The position numbers and the translations under genes are program-made. The notes beneath the pieces were generated by a model. The model saw only the letters and a list, made by a program, of their open reading frames with translations, was not told where the DNA came from and did no database searches. Below are positions 60,420-64,000 of a stretch of 64,000 nt of DNA, piece by piece (position 1 is the first letter of the stretch; every line of letters starts with the position of its first letter). The stretch is taken from contig OY970067.1 of assembly GCA_963705305.1 (NCBI GenBank), forward strand, positions 480,001 to 544,000, in the 5' to 3' direction. The DNA comes from an uncultured Methylomirabilota bacterium (lineage in GTDB: Bacteria; Methylomirabilota; Methylomirabilia; Methylomirabilales; 2-02-FULL-66-22).

Positions 60420-61154
60420 TCAGTTCGCTGACGCGTGCAGGCCGAAGAACTTGCCAAGCTTCGTCGTGGCCGCGAAGGCCGGGGCCGGCGCCATCTCCCG
60501 GATGGCCCGGGTGAAGGCATTGTGGAGGCCCCAGGCGGTCCGAGGCTCGACATCCGGCATCTGCTCGGGATTGGGCTTGAAGTAGGCGGCCGTCACCCAG
60601 GGGAAGAACCGGATGGGGAGGATCTCCTGGGCGAAGACCTCGAATACGAGGAGCTTTGCCTCCTGGTCCTCCAGGGCTCGCTCGCGGAGTCCCGCAATCT
60701 GCCCCCTGAGGGTGGTGAGATGCTCCTGGTAGCGGTCGATGGCGATGCTGATGTCCGCGTTCAGGTTGAACTTGACGGTGTGCTTCCGCCGGAGGGCGAT
60801 GAGGTCCCCGGAAAAGCAGAGGTTATCGCAGACGAAGACCTTGACCCCTACGGCGATTTCGAGCGCCATAGAGCGGTCATTCGCCGTCCGGATCCCCATG
60901 GCGGCGCAGCACTCCGGCGTGTCGCCCTCGATGGAGAGGTCGAGCACCCCGAAGAGCCGGGCGCCGTCCCGTTGGATGGCGAACTTTTCATTGAGAATCG
61001 AGATGCGCCGCACCATGAGCTGCCGGTCGATCGCCTCGATGAGGTCCCCATGGGCGACGGGCTTCCAGGTTGATGTTCCTACGGGCGGCGGGATGGTCAG
61101 GAGTTCCGTCCGGGTGACGAGCTGGCTGTTGCTGTGGGACAGGGTTCCGTTCAT
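60420..61154 (-). CDS. DUF932-family mobile-element protein
   Basis: TWKPVAH, ARLFG, VFVCDNL.F.G...RKHT, WGLHNAFT. Confidence 0.75.
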   Translation of the reverse strand: MNGTLSHSNSQLVTRTELLTIPPPVGTSTWKPVAHGDLIEAIDRQLMVRRISILNEKFAIQRDGARLFGVLDLSIEGDTPECCAAMGIRTANDRSMALEIAVGVKVFVCDNLCFSGDLIALRRKHTVKFNLNADISIAIDRYQEHLTTLRGQIAGLRERALEDQEAKLLVFEVFAQEILPIRFFPWVTAAYFKPNPEQMPDVEPRTAWGLHNAFTRAIREMAPAPAFAATTKLGKFFGLHASAN

Positions 61155-61363
61155 CGGCGTAATCCTCCTTGTTGTGCTGATCGGATCGGGGTCGGGACTC
61201 TCTCGCTGGCGACCGTCGTCGCGTCTTCACCTCCTGTCGGCTGCCGGTCGGCGAGGGCCGCCTCGACCACCCGGTTCACCCAGGTCGTCATGGCGACGCC
61301 GGCTGCCCGGGCCGCGTGATAGATCCGAGGAATCAGGTCGTCTCGAATCTGGGGGCTGTACAT
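61151..61363 (-). CDS. Small RHH-like regulator
   Basis: MYSPQIRDDLIPRIYHAAR..MTTWVN; AAGGAGG RBS. Confidence 0.7.
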   Translation of the reverse strand: MYSPQIRDDLIPRIYHAARAAGVAMTTWVNRVVEAALADRQPTGGEDATTVASERVPTPIRSAQQGGLRR

Positions 61364-61508
61364 GTGACCTCCTTTCTAAGTGGTGGGTTGTGAAAGATCT
61401 GCCCTCAGGGTAGGGAATGGACAGGAGGCCACAAGGCGGGGAAAGGTGCCGGCGGCGGCCAGATTGAGCGACTTGGCAGGCGTTTGATTGGATTAGACGA
61501 TTGACGGA

Positions 61509-62711
61509 ATGGCCACCCAGGACACAAACCCGATTACCGCCCTCGCCCGCACGGACTTCCGTGGCGGGGGCAAGGTGTTTGGCATCAAGCAGGCGGACCG
61601 GCGCGCACACATGTACCTCATCGGGAAGACGGGCACAGGGAAATCCACGCTCCTGGCGACGCTGGTCCGGCAGGACATTGAAGCCGGCCGCGGGCTGGCG
61701 CTCCTGGACCCCCATGGTGACTTGGTCGAAAAGCTTCTGGGGGCGGTCCCCGGGAGCAGGAAGGAAGATTTGATCTACTTCAACGTCCCGGATGCGTCCC
61801 GCCCCCTGGGCTTCAATCCCCTGGAGCGGGTCCCACCCCGGAAACGGTCCCTGGCCGCGGCCGGGCTCCTCGAAGTCTTCAAGATGATCTGGGCCGATTC
61901 TTGGGGCCCCCGGCTGGAGCACATCTTGCGAAATGCCCTCCTCGCCCTCGTGGAACAGCCGGAGGCGACGCTGGCGGACATTCTGCGCCTGCTCGATGAC
62001 CGCGCCTTCCGACGGCTAGCGGCTTCCCGAGTCGCCAGCCCGCAGGTCCGGGATTTTTGGCTCCGGGAGTACGAAAACTACCCTCCGCGCTTCCGGGCGG
62101 AGGCCATCGCGCCGATCCAGAACAAGGTGGGGGCGTTCCTGGCCGACCCGCTCCTACACCGGATCCTGACGCAACCCCGGAGTGCGTTTGATCTCCGACA
62201 GGCGATGGATGAAGGGAAGATCTTGCTGGTCAATCTGGCCAAGGGGAAGATCGGCGGGGATACAGCCGCGCTGCTCGGCGCCCTGTTGGTGGCCAGGATC
62301 GGGCTGGCCGCCGTGAGTCGGGCGGATGTGCCGGAGGAGGAACGGCGGGACTTCTACCTGTACCTCGATGAGTTCCAGAGCTTCACCACGCTGAGCCTCG
62401 CGAACATGCTGTCTGAATTGCGCAAGTACCGGGTCGGAATGATCCTATCCCACCAGTACCTCTCGCAGCTCGATCTTCAGGTGCGAGATGCCATCCTGGG
62501 GAACGTGGGGACGATCATCTGCTTCAGGGTGGGACTGGCGGATGCGGAGATTTTGGAGAAGGAGTTTCGGCCGGAGTTCTCGGCGCTGGACTTGGTCGGG
62601 CTCCCGAATTACCACATCTACCTGAGACTGATGGTGGACGGAGTGGTCTCGAAGCCGTTCAGTGCGAAGACGGTGCAATCCTTTGTCGGGACCCCGTCGG
62701 CGTCAAGATAG
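61509..62711 (+). CDS. VirD4/TraD-like coupling ATPase lacking a TM anchor
   Basis: HMYLIGKTGTGKS, LDPHGDL, LYLDEFQSF, LSELRKY...HQYL.QL, GNVGT. Confidence 0.85.
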   Translation: MATQDTNPITALARTDFRGGGKVFGIKQADRRAHMYLIGKTGTGKSTLLATLVRQDIEAGRGLALLDPHGDLVEKLLGAVPGSRKEDLIYFNVPDASRPLGFNPLERVPPRKRSLAAAGLLEVFKMIWADSWGPRLEHILRNALLALVEQPEATLADILRLLDDRAFRRLAASRVASPQVRDFWLREYENYPPRFRAEAIAPIQNKVGAFLADPLLHRILTQPRSAFDLRQAMDEGKILLVNLAKGKIGGDTAALLGALLVARIGLAAVSRADVPEEERRDFYLYLDEFQSFTTLSLANMLSELRKYRVGMILSHQYLSQLDLQVRDAILGNVGTIICFRVGLADAEILEKEFRPEFSALDLVGLPNYHIYLRLMVDGVVSKPFSAKTVQSFVGTPSASR

Positions 62712-62983
62712 CATAGCCCGTCTATCCTGGGAGGCTGCCTCGCGCCCACGTGCACGACGCGCCATGACGATCCGGGGCAGCGAGGTCCGCGCACCACAAG
62801 CTCCTTCCCCGGGAGCGACCAACCCCGACGACTCCCGACCGGCGCGCATGTTGCGTATCGCGCCCCCTCTACCTTCCCCGTCGCCTGGGCGATGCTCGGT
62901 CTTGGCGGCGACGTCCAGCGCCAGCAGCGCAGAGAGCCGGAGCCGCCTGCGCTCTCAGGGGGCGGGGCATAACCTACAAAACT

Positions 62984-63427
62984 ATGAAAGGAGAAACACA
63001 AACAACCATCACCACTGAGCAGCGGAAGGCGTTTGCCGAACTGCTCAAGCCCAACGGCGCAGCGAGGGAACGCGCCATGTCGGCGCTCCGCGAGGCGGAA
63101 GCTGACCTGCGCAAATCGCTCATCGATGAGGAAGCGAAGAAGTGCGGTGCGGTCGAAATCGCGCGGGAGATCGTCGACTTGAAGAAGCGTCAAGCGGACC
63201 AAGAGCACACGCTCGAAGGGTTCGGCTTCAACGCTGACTCCGATGACGGCGAAGTCTCGCTGCGATACGATGCGCCACGCACCCTCAAGGACTCCATCGA
63301 CGGGCGCGTGCGCAAACAGCTCGGTACGGAGCGCGACATCGAGAGGAAGTACGACCAAGCCATGACAAAGGTCTTGACGGCGAACACGGCCGAAGAAGCG
63401 GCGAAGATCGTCGAGTCGCTTCTCTAA
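62984..63427 (+). CDS. Hypothetical coiled-coil protein
   Basis: Charged helical ORF with normal codon style. Confidence 0.65.
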   Translation: MKGETQTTITTEQRKAFAELLKPNGAARERAMSALREAEADLRKSLIDEEAKKCGAVEIAREIVDLKKRQADQEHTLEGFGFNADSDDGEVSLRYDAPRTLKDSIDGRVRKQLGTERDIERKYDQAMTKVLTANTAEEAAKIVESLL

Positions 63428-63664
63428 CGGCGAAAGTAACTTAGCGCCCCGCCCCCGAAAGCGCACCAAGGAACGCGCACGAGCTGAACAGTTGAGGCGC
63501 AGGCGGTCGCCGAGCCGCAGGCGATCGGCGACCAGTTCAAACGTCAACCGTCTCGGACGTGACCCGCTTTCCAGAGCCCCCCACCGAGCGCTCTCGCCGG
63601 AGGGCGCGGCCAGGGAACGCCACGGCAACACGAAGGTGGCGGCTGCGACGACCGCTCCCGGTGT

Positions 63665-63886
63665 CTACACCATGTGCTCCCGCACATAGCGGAGGATCTC
63701 GGAGCCCTGGATCCGACGGCTCTCATACACGCGCCGGCGCACCGACGACTTTCCAGGCAGCACAAAGGCCTTCAGGAGGCCCGTGCGGATCTGCCGGATC
63801 ACGGTGTCCCGGGAAAAGCCGAGCATCCCCGCGACCTCCTTGACGCTGTACCACGTCTCCGGACTGAAGGAATCCAGGGTAGGCAT
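63665..63886 (-). CDS. Excisionase-like HTH protein
   Basis: YSVKEVAGMLGFSRDTVIRQIRTG.LKA. Confidence 0.75.
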   Translation of the reverse strand: MPTLDSFSPETWYSVKEVAGMLGFSRDTVIRQIRTGLLKAFVLPGKSSVRRRVYESRRIQGSEILRYVREHMV

Positions 63887-64000
63887 GACCGCCTTCCCCG
63901 CGGATTCCGCCCCCCGTTCGGGGAGCCTCCGGATAAACCGGCCTTCGTTCGGCACCGTCGACCCTTGGCCCCCCCTACCCCGACGCGGTAGAGGGGAGAG

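Larger units (their letters stand above)
36863..64000. mobile_element. tRNA-Leu-integrated genomic island (far end not in window)
   Basis: att plus integrase plus excisionase, followed by TA, nuclease, DUF932 and coupling-ATPase cargo; no housekeeping genes. Confidence 0.65.

Noticed and set aside
1..64000. Numerous long Pro/Arg/Gly-rich ORFs in the six-frame track
   Set aside because: Shadow frames of GC-rich genes with no motifs or RBS

Overview
GC-rich bacterial window; gene style suggests Methylomirabilota/NC10 or Rokubacteria, but this is inference only. 1-25 kb is an eroded accessory-metabolism region: ABC solute-binding proteins, a P3A-type H+-ATPase, FAD oxidoreductase, CoA-transferase III, MaoC, TRAP dctPQM, Gfo/Idh/MocA and SDR genes, interspersed with IS and gene relics. 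It carries two apparently identical ~1.09 kb elements encoding a Y1/HUH (RAYT-like) transposase bounded by perfect 23-bp terminal inverted repeats, plus a decayed relative. 25-36.7 kb is an older defence-like island: an attC-bearing cassette, a 201-bp MITE, a nuclease plus tandem-paralogue operon, a 3.1 kb four-ORF IS481-like element and a truncated ParA. From 36.86 kb to beyond the window end lies an element integrated at tRNA-Leu(CAA), marked by a 3' att duplicate, tyrosine integrase and excisionase. Its cargo includes two TA modules, an adenosine deaminase plus membrane-protein pair, a serine recombinase, envelope genes, RuvC-like and VRR-NUC nucleases, NurA-HerA, a DUF6731-like plus 4TM pair, a PD-(D/E)XK/DUF932 module and a VirD4/TraD-like ATPase. 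Decaying transposases show a strong A:T to C:G transversion bias. No CRISPR array, rRNA or complete tRNA was seen. Family assignments come from recognised motifs, not database searches.
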